Translations under genes and position numbers: made by a program
The notes under the pieces: generated by a model
Told to the model about the DNA's origin: nothing
What the model saw: the letters and a program-made list of their open reading frames with translations, nothing else
Database searches by the model: none
Assembly: GCA_019057815.1 (NCBI GenBank)
Contig: JAHLWR010000005.1
Location: 1 to 64,000 of the forward strand
DNA length: 64,000 bases
Source of the DNA: Candidatus Heimdallarchaeota archaeon
GTDB taxonomy: Archaea; Asgardarchaeota; Heimdallarchaeia; Heimdallarchaeales; Heimdallarchaeaceae
Direction: 5' to 3'
In this document: positions 1 through 9,882 of the stretch, piece after piece
How positions within the stretch are numbered: the stretch's first letter is position 1
Layout of the letters: each line of letters opens with the position of its first letter

Positions 1-106
1 GCCAGCACCACCAGGAACAGCGCCAGCACCACCAGGAACAGCGCCAGCACCACCAAGACAAGGAATTCCAGCTCCAGCAGCACAAGGAATTCCAGCTCCA
101 GCAGCA
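1..106 (+). repeat. Coding tandem repeats (21-nt unit encoding APAPPGT x~2.5; 24-nt unit encoding QGIPAPAA x2)
   Basis: gccagcaccaccaggaacagc repeated; caaggaattccagctccagcagca repeated twice. Confidence 0.85.
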
Positions 107-253
107 ATTGTTCCCAAAGCTCCTGTAGCAGCTCAAGTGCCTTCTGAAGAAGAGGGAGATCTGTTTGCTAAAAGTACTTCTATCGCTGCTTTAAGGAAGG
201 AAATGCTTAAAGAACTAGATCGTCTTAAAAAATTCATGAGTGACCAACAGTAA
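2..253 (+). CDS. 3' end of a Pro/Ala-rich protein with C-terminal amphipathic helix (5' truncated by window edge)
   Basis: Open frame from nt 2: PAPPGTAPAPPGTAPAPPRQGIPAPAAQGIPAPAA...STSIAALRKEMLKELDRLKKFMSDQQ, stop TAA 251-253; absent from ORF track because there is no start codon in the window. Confidence 0.85.
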   Translation, partial: PAPPGTAPAPPGTAPAPPRQGIPAPAAQGIPAPAAIVPKAPVAAQVPSEEEGDLFAKSTSIAALRKEMLKELDRLKKFMSDQQ

Positions 254-387
254 TAGTGTTATATAATAGAATACTATGAATAAGAACATGAGAGTCTTCA
301 CTCTTTTTCCCCTTCATTTTCATTTTTCTAATTCTACAGACCAAGAATATTTTAATAGAGTTTATAGAAAATTCAAGAGAGGTTTTA

Positions 388-1125
388 TTGGTGAAAACAA
401 AACCAAATGCTCTGAACGATTCAGAAAGAGGAAAAATCCATGCAGCTAAATTAGTAGCAAAGAATTTTGTCTTTGACAGTTTCACTGTAGGTATAGGAAC
501 AGGTAGTACTGTTAATTACTTCATACAAATACTCTCTGAACTCGTTGAAGAAGAAGAATTAGAAATTATAACTGTCCCCTCTTCAATAGAAACAGAAATT
601 CAACTTACCAGAAGCGGATTATCTACGGGAACACTAATTGAATACCCTGAGTTAGATCTATATGTTGATGGGGCAGATATCATTACAAAGGATTTCGTGA
701 TAATCAAAGGAGGAGGAGCAGCTCTGACAATTGAAAAGATAATGGCTTCTTCATCACAAGAATTTATTGTAATCGTTGATCAATCTAAATATCCTGCTGA
801 ACTTTTAAGTCACCCCGTGCCAATTGAAATATTACCTAAGGCAATAAACACAGTAGTTCGACCAATTTTTACTCTTGGAGGAGAGTTTCAACTTCGTTAT
901 GGAAAAGGGAAAATGGGACCGATTATTACTGATAATGGAAACATAATCGGAGATGTATACTTCAAACAACCATATAATCCTAGAGAAATCGAAATATCTC
1001 TCAATTGTATTCCAGGCGTTATAGAAAATGGAATCTTTTGTTCACTAGCCCATAAAATTGTCATAGGGAATGCTGAAACAGCTAATGCAATAATAGTCAC
1101 TAATACTTCTACAGAACAGCTGTAA
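388..1125 (+). CDS. rpiA: Ribose-5-phosphate isomerase A
   Basis: GIGTGST, DGAD, KGGGAAL, TDNGN and PGVIENGIF motifs. Confidence 0.96.
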   Translation: MVKTKPNALNDSERGKIHAAKLVAKNFVFDSFTVGIGTGSTVNYFIQILSELVEEEELEIITVPSSIETEIQLTRSGLSTGTLIEYPELDLYVDGADIITKDFVIIKGGGAALTIEKIMASSSQEFIVIVDQSKYPAELLSHPVPIEILPKAINTVVRPIFTLGGEFQLRYGKGKMGPIITDNGNIIGDVYFKQPYNPREIEISLNCIPGVIENGIFCSLAHKIVIGNAETANAIIVTNTSTEQL

Positions 1126-2935
1126 TAGTATCACTCTTTTTTCTTGCCTCGAGAATCAATTTTCCTGTTTCTGTATTTTTAGCTAGTTTAATTTCAGCAG
1201 ATTTCCCAACAGTTAACTGAACTACTGGCTGTCCATTAACAGTAACAATAACATCCTTACCAATGCAAACAATAGGAAATGTCAAGTGGACACCGTTCTT
1301 TGTTTCATAGGTGTCTAGAATAAATTCAGCACTATCTTTTGAGGTAATCGTTCCAAGTTCATCAAAAGTTCGTACATCAATTCTTATTCCCAAAGCATCT
1401 TCTATTTCGTGTATTCGTTTTCCTTCTCTGCCAAGAACTTTAGGTCGATCATTGTCGTTAACATAAAGCATCAGATTGTTTGGGGGTTCATACATGTAAT
1501 CAAAGTCAGTTATAGAATATCTTTTTAGAATCTTCTTCATTAATGTCCTAGTAATTTTAACTTTAGACTCAGAACGGGAAGATGTTGCAAGTTTGTATAC
1601 TGGAGAAACTACTATTTGTTCTCCAAAGGAATAAATTTCATATTCTAAACGATTAATATGAAAATCTCTTACATCAACCACAGGTCTAGCTAAATCTTTT
1701 TCTAACATACCAGTAGGAACTTTAACTTGGAGAGAAAGTGTATAAGTTTTTGAAATTTCACCGTTCTCTATGAAGATTATAGTGTCCACAATTGAAGGTA
1801 TCACGCCAAGATCTACTCGTCTAATGAACCTTTGAATGCCATCTATAGCTTGTGTTGCGTGGACAACACCTATCAGACCGATACCAGAAAGCCGTAAATC
1901 AGCGTAAGTCTCAAAATCCTTAGTTCTTCGTAGCTCATCATAAATGACATAATCAGGTCGCATAAGCAAAACTAAATCAGCAGAAGCCGAAATATCTCCT
2001 TCAAACCCAGACATCTGAGTTATTCTTTCATCAACTTGTAAATCTCGCGGATTCTCAAAAGTTTTAACAATTCTTTCCTTATCCGCATAAAATTCAGCCA
2101 ATGCTGTTGCAAAAGTGCTCTTTCCAGCCCCAGGAGCTCCCGCTATAATAATTCCATCCGCTTTTTTTTCAATGCGTTCCAAGAGTTTTGAATCAAGTTT
2201 ATAATCTTTAATCACTCTTTTTAATATTGGACGAACCGCGGTTATTTCCATTGCATCGCTAAAAGGAGGTCTAAGTATGACAATTCTTATATTATTAAGT
2301 TGTACAACAGTAGTTCCTTGTCGATCAGACTCAATAAAAACATCTTTTTCTCTTTTAGCACGTCCAACAATATCTTTAGCTAACGCTTCAAGAGATTCAC
2401 GGGCAAGTAAACCGTCTTCAGTAAAACTCTCAAGTTTGAAGGTACCAGGAATACCTTTCTTTGCCATTGGAGGATTATTTTCTCTTAGGTGAATAGACAT
2501 CGTTCTTTCATCAAAGTAATCCTCAATTCTTTTTCCAATACTCACTGAAGGTTCTTTAAGGTAAACTACTGCTATCATTTCCATCTCCCCCATTTCAGCT
2601 TGAATGCGATCAGATGTGACCAAAATAGCTTGATATTCTTCAGCTAATTCTCTGATTTTCGCATCCAACTCCCCACTTGGTGCGTCACGGATTTGGTAAC
2701 CAGTTGGTCTACTACCATCTATGATTATTTCTACTCCATGTTTAGTGCAAAAATCTTTTATTGATTTAAACTCTTCAAGAGCGGCAATTCCTGTCGCTTT
2801 TGCTTTATTGGCCATATTTTCAATTTCAGCTAAAACTACACGTGATAAAATAATTGAATTAACATCAGATTGTTTCGAAAGGTACTTCAAAAACTGACCA
2901 TTAATCAATACACTTGAATCTGGTACATATTTCAT
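1109..2935 (-). CDS. PIN-domain/PilT-type ATPase with C-terminal KH domain (PINA family)
   Basis: N-terminal PIN (YVPDSSVLI), Walker A GAPGAGKS, RPDYVIYDELR, KH motif VLGREGKRI. Confidence 0.92.
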   Translation of the reverse strand: MKYVPDSSVLINGQFLKYLSKQSDVNSIILSRVVLAEIENMANKAKATGIAALEEFKSIKDFCTKHGVEIIIDGSRPTGYQIRDAPSGELDAKIRELAEEYQAILVTSDRIQAEMGEMEMIAVVYLKEPSVSIGKRIEDYFDERTMSIHLRENNPPMAKKGIPGTFKLESFTEDGLLARESLEALAKDIVGRAKREKDVFIESDRQGTTVVQLNNIRIVILRPPFSDAMEITAVRPILKRVIKDYKLDSKLLERIEKKADGIIIAGAPGAGKSTFATALAEFYADKERIVKTFENPRDLQVDERITQMSGFEGDISASADLVLLMRPDYVIYDELRRTKDFETYADLRLSGIGLIGVVHATQAIDGIQRFIRRVDLGVIPSIVDTIIFIENGEISKTYTLSLQVKVPTGMLEKDLARPVVDVRDFHINRLEYEIYSFGEQIVVSPVYKLATSSRSESKVKITRTLMKKILKRYSITDFDYMYEPPNNLMLYVNDNDRPKVLGREGKRIHEIEDALGIRIDVRTFDELGTITSKDSAEFILDTYETKNGVHLTFPIVCIGKDVIVTVNGQPVVQLTVGKSAEIKLAKNTETGKLILEARKKSDTITAVL

Positions 2936-2936
2936 C

Positions 2937-3491
2937 CTATTTCTCCTCAATTGTTAAATTAATATCTTTGAAATCTAGTTCACTAACACTATAATACGAA
3001 ACATCCCCTAAACTATCAATGACTGCAAAAATTAACTTTCTGTCAAGTTTACTAGCTTCATTTACTATTTGATCAATATCATCAATATTGAAAAGTTTAC
3101 CTTCAATCATTGGAACTACTAATGCTAAATGTTTCACTTTATTTGGGCTAGACCCTCTCTCATATAATTCAAAGTAACTACCATCAGAAGGATATGTCTT
3201 TACAACATATCCTCTTCCTCTCAACTCTTTGTAAAGAAGATATTGGATTAGAAAATTGGGAACAATGTTTGAATAATGAGCAACTAATTGTGATAATAAT
3301 AGGGGGTTATTATTGGAATCTATGGTTTCTATACGCTTTCTTTCCAATAATAGAGTGGTCTCATATGGATTTAGTTTTAAATTCCCAGATTTGGTTAATT
3401 GTCCAAAATATCCCTGGCTGTACACATCGTTACCTTCCTTTCCATCAATCAAAGCATAGTCGTGCTCTATTTTTGCTTTTGGAGGAAACAT
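2937..3491 (-). CDS. endA: tRNA-splicing endonuclease (tRNA-intron lyase) subunit
   Basis: YKELRGRGYVVK, FELYERG...KH, RKLIFAVID, VSYYSV; Tyr/His/Lys triad positions appear retained; start moved to MFPPKAK. Confidence 0.85.
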   Translation of the reverse strand: MFPPKAKIEHDYALIDGKEGNDVYSQGYFGQLTKSGNLKLNPYETTLLLERKRIETIDSNNNPLLLSQLVAHYSNIVPNFLIQYLLYKELRGRGYVVKTYPSDGSYFELYERGSSPNKVKHLALVVPMIEGKLFNIDDIDQIVNEASKLDRKLIFAVIDSLGDVSYYSVSELDFKDINLTIEEK

Positions 3492-3557
3492 TGTTCTTCT
3501 AATATCCGTCTTCAAATAAATGTTATTAAGTATGATGTTGAAAGATTCAAATAGTCT

Positions 3558-4394
3558 ATGAAATACAAACAAAAAATTCAATCATTGTTAACAAATAAAA
3601 TACCTTTCAACCTACTAGAATACTTGCCTTCTAGTTATTCAGTAACAGGAGATATAGCCATTTTTCATAATTTCCCAAAACAATTAGAAAATTACAAAGA
3701 ACTAATTGGTCAAACAACTATAGGATTGGATCCCAGAGTCAATGTGGTAATAGAACAAATAACTACAGAAACAATTTTCCGAAAACCAATAGTTAATCTC
3801 ATAAGTGGTGAAAAAAGAACAACAACAATCCATCATGAATTCCATACAATTTTCAATATTGATGTAGCAGAGGTAACATTTTCTCCAGGAAATAAAGGTG
3901 AAAGAAATCGTTTATTACGCATAGTACAAGATAATGAAGTTATTATAGATATGTTCGCGTGTATTGGAAATCTATCACTTCCAATTGTTGTAAACAACCC
4001 CAAAACTACAGTATATGGGATTGAGATAAACAAAAAAGCGTACGGTTATTTAATCAAAAATATTCAGGCAAACAAAGTTGAAAAAAGGTATAAACCAATC
4101 TTAGGAGATAATAGAATAAAAACTCCAGAAGATAGAGCATCTAGAGTCCTAATGGGATGTTTCAATGTAGACCAAAAACAATTCGATAAAGCAGTGAATG
4201 CCATTAACAAAGAGGGGTGGATTCACTACCACTCTACTTCACCTAGAAACGAAAATGAACAAATTGAAAAATTTGTAGAAAAAATGCAAGAGATTCTTAG
4301 TTTTAAGATTCAACTACTTAGCACACGAAGAGTCAAGAAGTTTTCACCAAGACTTTATCATTTATGTACAGATATCTATATTAAGAAATTATAG
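3558..4394 (+). CDS. Trm5/Taw2 (Met-10+-like) tRNA SAM-dependent transferase
   Basis: FSPGNKGER, IDMFACIGNLSL SAM-binding motif, GIEIN, GDNR. Confidence 0.88.
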   Translation: MKYKQKIQSLLTNKIPFNLLEYLPSSYSVTGDIAIFHNFPKQLENYKELIGQTTIGLDPRVNVVIEQITTETIFRKPIVNLISGEKRTTTIHHEFHTIFNIDVAEVTFSPGNKGERNRLLRIVQDNEVIIDMFACIGNLSLPIVVNNPKTTVYGIEINKKAYGYLIKNIQANKVEKRYKPILGDNRIKTPEDRASRVLMGCFNVDQKQFDKAVNAINKEGWIHYHSTSPRNENEQIEKFVEKMQEILSFKIQLLSTRRVKKFSPRLYHLCTDIYIKKL

Positions 4395-4527
4395 AATCAA
4401 AATCATATACAGAAAGAATATTGACCCATTCTCGCAATCTGGTTTTGGTGTAAATTGATTCTCATCTTTTACTAGATATAATTGAGAAAGGCAAATACTT
4501 TTTAGCTTCTTTATTAATGTAAATAAG

Positions 4528-5010
4528 ATGCCAAAATATGAGGTTCCCACCAATTTTGAAATCAGACAGCTTCACGCTATTGCAGATTTTCAGTTTGGAA
4601 GTGGTTCTGGAACAGCTCTTTTTTCAGAAAATATCAAAATAGAACGTTCAAAGGTAACTAAACGTATTCGTTATATTTATCTTGATGGTCAACGTATTTG
4701 TTCTTTTAGAGTCAAGGATGGATATTTAGTTCCTTCATTATTTGGAGCTGAAAAGCTCAATGAGAAAGGTTGTGGATTAAAAGTGACAGTACACCCCGAT
4801 GCTGAACCCTTTATACGCAATGGTAAATCACTTTTCGCAAAACATGTTTTAGAAGCTGACGAGGATATAGCTATAAAAGAAGAAGTTATTTTGGTAACCA
4901 AGACAGGGTTTTTTCTGGGTATAGGAACCGCTAAACTATCAACACAGTTGATGAAAGAGATGAAACGTGGAGTTGCAGTAGATGTTAGAAAAGGGATTGA
5001 TCAGAAGTAG
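4528..5010 (+). CDS. PUA-domain RNA-binding protein (archaeosine TGT C-terminal-like)
   Basis: IADFQFG, GKSLFAKHV, GVAVDVRKG. Confidence 0.88.
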   Translation: MPKYEVPTNFEIRQLHAIADFQFGSGSGTALFSENIKIERSKVTKRIRYIYLDGQRICSFRVKDGYLVPSLFGAEKLNEKGCGLKVTVHPDAEPFIRNGKSLFAKHVLEADEDIAIKEEVILVTKTGFFLGIGTAKLSTQLMKEMKRGVAVDVRKGIDQK

Positions 5011-5014
5011 TAAC

Positions 5015-5398
5015 TTATTTTCTTGTTTTTAATCGAACGATGGCTCCTGCTAAATCCCCATTTTCGTCTTCAAGAGCTTTCCTTACCGCTTCCTCACTTG
5101 CACCTGTTTGATTCATAACTAGCTGAACATCTGTGTCTGTATAGGCTACACCTAGACTGGTAGCAGATTCATCACTACCTCGAGGTCTTTCCATTCCAGA
5201 TCCCATCACTTGATATACTTCACTACCAGCCATTACAATCTTACTAACTTCAGGAGAAGGAATCGATATTTCTTTATCCGCGAAGCGGATAATAACCTCT
5301 TCAACACCCTCTAACTCAAAAGTTTTCATTTTCCCTTTCATTTGTTTTATTTGTCTCGGACTCATTGGTCTTTTTGAACCCATCATTTTTTTCACCAT
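5015..5398 (-). CDS. nac: Nascent polypeptide-associated complex protein
   Basis: NAC beta domain VEEVII plus C-terminal UBA (DVQLVMNQTG...GDLAGAI). Confidence 0.92.
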   Translation of the reverse strand: MVKKMMGSKRPMSPRQIKQMKGKMKTFELEGVEEVIIRFADKEISIPSPEVSKIVMAGSEVYQVMGSGMERPRGSDESATSLGVAYTDTDVQLVMNQTGASEEAVRKALEDENGDLAGAIVRLKTRK

Positions 5399-5408
5399 AG
5401 TAAATTGA

Positions 5409-5666
5409 TTAATCTTCCTTGTTTGTCTCTGTTGTTTCTTCTAAAAATACTTCTGGAGCTCTAGTTTTTAGTAATGTCAAACCAATCCACGCAATGAGTA
5501 TCATTACAATGAAAACTGCAATGAAAACAACTATCGCGATAGCTATATACGCTTGAAAGATAAGCTCTTGATCTATTATAGGGAGTATAATTGTCCATAC
5601 AAGCATAAAAACTATGATACCAAGAGATGCTAAAACCATCATAAAACCTATTGTTTTTTCCTTCAT
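5409..5666 (-). CDS. Small two-TM membrane protein, DPM2-like
   Basis: Start MKEKTIG preceded by GAGGT; two hydrophobic helices with a WTIILPIID loop; DPM2 resemblance judged by eye. Confidence 0.7.
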   Translation of the reverse strand: MKEKTIGFMMVLASLGIIVFMLVWTIILPIIDQELIFQAYIAIAIVVFIAVFIVMILIAWIGLTLLKTRAPEVFLEETTETNKED

Positions 5667-5751
5667 TATTTTAACCTCAGATAGATAAAAAATTTGTAGC
5701 ATATAGATTTTACGCTTAAAATTGGAAAATGCTGAGATGAAATGCAATGTT

Positions 5752-6081
5752 TTACATTTCCAAATCTATTCCAAGAGCCATTTTAATTAAAGCTCGAATC
5801 TTATCTTCAGCTGCTTCAAAATAGGCTTTCTTTCCAGGGACTTCTACAATAACAGGATACGGATTTAGTTTAATTCTTGTCAGAAGGTCTTTATTTGTAT
5901 TGGCTACCTCTTCTGTAATTATAAGAATTGCTAATTCAGAATCTTCTGCTAATTTGCGCAGAATAGAAGAAGCTTTATCGGGTTCCACGGTATAAGAATC
6001 TGTTATACCAGCTAAACTAAACCCTAGAGACGTTTCTTCGTCACCTACACTAATTATTTTCGTACGTTGTTGTGAGCTCAT
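5752..6081 (-). CDS. atpF: A/V-type ATP synthase subunit F
   Basis: VGDEETSLGFSLAGI, PVIVEVP, IKMALGIDL. Confidence 0.93.
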   Translation of the reverse strand: MSSQQRTKIISVGDEETSLGFSLAGITDSYTVEPDKASSILRKLAEDSELAILIITEEVANTNKDLLTRIKLNPYPVIVEVPGKKAYFEAAEDKIRALIKMALGIDLEM

Positions 6082-6099
6082 TTGTAATCACATTATATA

Positions 6100-6408
6100 C
6101 TACACAATTATGGAAAGGATGTAATCTAATGCTTGCTTTTTTACCTTCCTAGTTTTTTCTTTTAGATTATTATTTTCCAATTCGGACTCATTAAGCATTT
6201 TAACATACTCTTGTTCAACACGGTTCTTTATACTTGCAATTATCTTTTCAGCTTCTAACCTAGCTTGTATATCAGTATCTCGTACTTTCAAAACTGCTAC
6301 CTTTTCAGCTTCCATAATTGCGTCTTGTTTAGTGCTTTCAGCTATTTTTAATTTCTTTTCACATTCTTTTTCTGTTTTTCTTATTTTTTTTAGAAACTCA
6401 ACACTCAT
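6100..6408 (-). CDS. A/V-type ATP synthase peripheral stalk subunit H (G-like)
   Basis: EFLKKIRKTEKE N-terminus, all-helical charged protein, directly upstream of subunit F. Confidence 0.75.
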   Translation of the reverse strand: MSVEFLKKIRKTEKECEKKLKIAESTKQDAIMEAEKVAVLKVRDTDIQARLEAEKIIASIKNRVEQEYVKMLNESELENNNLKEKTRKVKKQALDYILSIIV

Positions 6409-6554
6409 GAAATCGCCATTCCATTATATACAAACTAAATTAATGCCCATAAACAACTTATTAAAAGATTTTTCTCATGCAGCAAGTTTACTTTTAATAC
6501 ATCAACCTATTATTCAGAAAGAATTATATCAAACAATAAGTTTAGAATAATTGG

Positions 6555-7916
6555 ATGAAAAGAAAGTATTTTGGAACCAATGGTATTAGAGGTATAATAG
6601 GAGAACTCATTACACCTGACTTCATCATTAGAATGGGTTCAGCTATTGCAGCTACAATGAAAAAAGGAGGCACTGTTGTTATTGGATCAGATGCTCGACT
6701 TAGCAGTCCATTCATTAAACAAGCAATCTCATCCAGTTTTCTAGCTAGTGGAATAGAACTAATAGATGTAGGCACAGTTCCTACACCTCTTGTGCAGTTT
6801 GCGGTTAAGTATTTGAAAGTAGATATTGGAATCATGGTTACAGCAAGTCACAACCCACCACAGTTTAATGGTATCAAAGTTATTGATAACGACGGAATTG
6901 AAATCGATATAACTAAACAAAAGAAAATTGAGGAAATTTATGAAAAAGAACAAACAAGTTATACAAATTGGGAAGAAAATAAAGTTCTTACGTCTATTGA
7001 TTTAAGAGAGGAATATATTAACCAAATTCTTGGTTTAGTTGATGTTGAATTAATAAAAAGCAGGAAACTTAAAGCTGTTGTCGATGCTGGTAACGCAGTA
7101 GGTGGAATAATTACTCCTAATCTACTAAAAAAGATTGGAATTAAAGTTTTTACTATTAACGGTCATCTTGATGGAACTTTTCCAGGTAGAGGATCAGAAC
7201 CTGAACCTAAAATGCTTATACACATGAGTGAAATAACAAAAGCAGTACAAGCAAATTTTGCTGTTGCTCACGATGGTGATGCTGATAGAGCAATTTTTGG
7301 AGACGAATTAGGAGAAGTTCATTATGGAGACAAATCAATAGCTCTATTTGAAAAATGGATATTAAGTTACCAAAAAAATAAAAAATTTGTAACACCAGTT
7401 AGTTCATCAAGAGTTGTTGAAGACATAGCCAAAGAAATTGGAGGAGAAGTAGTGTGGACACCTGTTGGTTGTATATATGTAAGTCGTAAAATGATTCAAG
7501 AATCAGCACTACTAGGTGGAGAAGAAAATGGAGGCCTTTTTTACACACCTCATATTCCAGTAAGAGATGGTGCAATGGCAACAGCTCTAATGGCTGAAAT
7601 TTTAGCTAAAACAGGTAAATCTCTTAGCTCACTTATACAAGAATTACCAACTTATTATCAGCAAAAAGACAAAATATATTGTCCTAATAATCAAAAAGAA
7701 AGAATAATGCATTACATTGTAGAAAATGTAGAAAAAGCAGTAGAAACTGTAACTATTGATGGAGTAAAGCTAATCTATGAGGATGGTTGGATACTCATCC
7801 GCCCATCTGGAACTGAACCTATTTTTAGAATTTTTACTGAGGCATTAACACAAGAAAAGGCTATAGAAAGAGTGAATAAGGGTAAAAAATTGGTGGAAAA
7901 AGCGTTAAAAAAGTAA
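6555..7916 (+). CDS. glmM: Phosphoglucosamine mutase / phosphohexomutase
   Basis: FGTNGIRG, TASHNPP, HDGDADR, GGEENGG, RPSGTEP. Confidence 0.88.
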   Translation: MKRKYFGTNGIRGIIGELITPDFIIRMGSAIAATMKKGGTVVIGSDARLSSPFIKQAISSSFLASGIELIDVGTVPTPLVQFAVKYLKVDIGIMVTASHNPPQFNGIKVIDNDGIEIDITKQKKIEEIYEKEQTSYTNWEENKVLTSIDLREEYINQILGLVDVELIKSRKLKAVVDAGNAVGGIITPNLLKKIGIKVFTINGHLDGTFPGRGSEPEPKMLIHMSEITKAVQANFAVAHDGDADRAIFGDELGEVHYGDKSIALFEKWILSYQKNKKFVTPVSSSRVVEDIAKEIGGEVVWTPVGCIYVSRKMIQESALLGGEENGGLFYTPHIPVRDGAMATALMAEILAKTGKSLSSLIQELPTYYQQKDKIYCPNNQKERIMHYIVENVEKAVETVTIDGVKLIYEDGWILIRPSGTEPIFRIFTEALTQEKAIERVNKGKKLVEKALKK

Positions 7917-8081
7917 CAGATAAATTTTTTCCTGAATGTTTAACTATTTCGCTAAAAACCAGATAACAAACAGAATTGTAACCTTAAAACACATATTGTG
8001 ATATATTAAGAAAATTCCACCATTTAGATAACCTTAAAAAAAATATGCTGAAAGGTTTGTAGAAACTAGAGAGAAGATAAA

Positions 8082-9872
8082 ATGACTTCTGTAGCCGAGC
8101 AATTAGGTATTATTGAAAGAATCTCCGGGCCAGTTGTCCAAGCTTCAAATATGCGAGGAACAAAGCTTTATGATGTAGCTAGAGTAGGAGAAGAAAAGCT
8201 TGTAGGCGAAATTATCAGATTAATTGATGATGTCGCAACTATACAGATTTATGAAAGTACAGAGGGGTTAATACCAGGCGAACCAGTTTATCCTACACAT
8301 TCACCTCTAAGCGTCGAATTAGGTCCAGGCATATTAAGACAAATTTTTGATGGAATTCAAAGACCATTGCCAATCATCAGACAGATGACAGGAGACTTTA
8401 TAACGAGAGGAATAGAAATTCCAGGATTAGACCATAAGAAAATATGGGATTTTAATCCCACTATCAAAGTTGGCGAAAAAGTAGTGGGTGGAGACATACT
8501 AGGTGAAATACCAGAAACTCCAACAGTAGATTTCAAACTTCTAGTGCCACCAAATATTCAAGGAACACTTGAATTTATAGCACCTAGAGGAGATTACACA
8601 ATTGATGAAACAGCAGCAACAATTAAAACAGTCAACGACCAAAGAATAAATCTTAAATTTTATCACGAATGGCCGGTAAGACAACCACGTCCATTTAATT
8701 TAAGATTACCACCAAGTATCCCTTTAATTACGGGACAAAGGATTTTTGATACTTTTGTACCAATTGCTAAAGGAGGAACAGGAGCTATCCCAGGAGGATT
8801 CGGAACAGGAAAAACTGTGTCTCAGCACCAACTAGCTAAATGGTCTGATGCGAAAATAGTAGTATATGTCGGTTGTGGTGAAAGAGGTAACGAAATGACA
8901 GATGTACTTCGGGAATTTCCACGACTTGTAGACCCTTATACTGGAGGTCCGCTTATGGATCGTACAGTTCTAATAGCAAACACATCAAATATGCCAGTTG
9001 CGGCACGTGAAGCCAGTGTTTATACTGGGGTTACTTTAGCTGAATTCTACCGAGATATGGGGTACGATGTAGCTATGATGGCTGATAGCACAAGTCGTTG
9101 GGCAGAAGCCTTGAGAGAGATTTCGGGTCGTCTTGAGGAAATGCCAGGAGAAGAATCTTATCCAGCTTACCTTTCTTCAAAAATTGCTCAATATTATGAA
9201 CGAGCAGGAAGAATTTTAACAATTGGAAGAAATCCCCGTGAAGCAAGTATTACGATTGTGGGTGCGGTGAGTCCTCCAGGCGGGGATTTTAGCGAACCAG
9301 TTACTCAGAATACACTTCGTATTGTTAAAGTATTTTGGGCATTAAGCAAAGATTTAGCTGCACGACGACATTTTCCAGCTATAGATTACTTGTTAAGTTA
9401 CACATTATATTGGTCAAGTCTTGAGGATTACTACTCCAAAACAGTAAACACAGAATTCCCACAATTAAGAGCAGAAGCTTTAGCTTTGCTCCAAAAAGAT
9501 AAAGAATTACAAGATATAGTTTCATTAGTTGGTCCAGATGCCCTTCCATCAAGCGAAAAAATTATTCTTGAAATTGCCAGAATGCTGAAAGAAGACTTCC
9601 TTCAGCAAAATGCGTTCCATGATGTAGATTCTTTCTGCAATATGCAGAAGCAATATCTTATGCTAAAGACTATATTACGTTATTATGATAAAGCTAGAGA
9701 TCTCTACCAAAAGGGTGCTGATGTAAAAGATATTTTTGAACACTCCAGTACTATCTCTATTGCACGTATGAAATACATTGAACAAAGTGAAATCGAAACG
9801 AAAATCACAGAATTGATAACAGAAATAGATGGTCTTACACCTCGTGATTTTGGGGTGGAGGAGGAATATTAA
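8082..9872 (+). CDS. atpA: A/V-type ATP synthase subunit A
   Basis: GGFGTGKT Walker A, GCGERGNE, VSPPGGDFSEPV; no intein. Confidence 0.98.
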   Translation: MTSVAEQLGIIERISGPVVQASNMRGTKLYDVARVGEEKLVGEIIRLIDDVATIQIYESTEGLIPGEPVYPTHSPLSVELGPGILRQIFDGIQRPLPIIRQMTGDFITRGIEIPGLDHKKIWDFNPTIKVGEKVVGGDILGEIPETPTVDFKLLVPPNIQGTLEFIAPRGDYTIDETAATIKTVNDQRINLKFYHEWPVRQPRPFNLRLPPSIPLITGQRIFDTFVPIAKGGTGAIPGGFGTGKTVSQHQLAKWSDAKIVVYVGCGERGNEMTDVLREFPRLVDPYTGGPLMDRTVLIANTSNMPVAAREASVYTGVTLAEFYRDMGYDVAMMADSTSRWAEALREISGRLEEMPGEESYPAYLSSKIAQYYERAGRILTIGRNPREASITIVGAVSPPGGDFSEPVTQNTLRIVKVFWALSKDLAARRHFPAIDYLLSYTLYWSSLEDYYSKTVNTEFPQLRAEALALLQKDKELQDIVSLVGPDALPSSEKIILEIARMLKEDFLQQNAFHDVDSFCNMQKQYLMLKTILRYYDKARDLYQKGADVKDIFEHSSTISIARMKYIEQSEIETKITELITEIDGLTPRDFGVEEEY

Positions 9873-9882
9873 GGTGTTTTAG

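Noticed and set aside
1-106. Tandem repeats as a possible CRISPR array
   Set aside because: There are no spacers; unit lengths are multiples of 3 and encode Pro/Ala-rich protein
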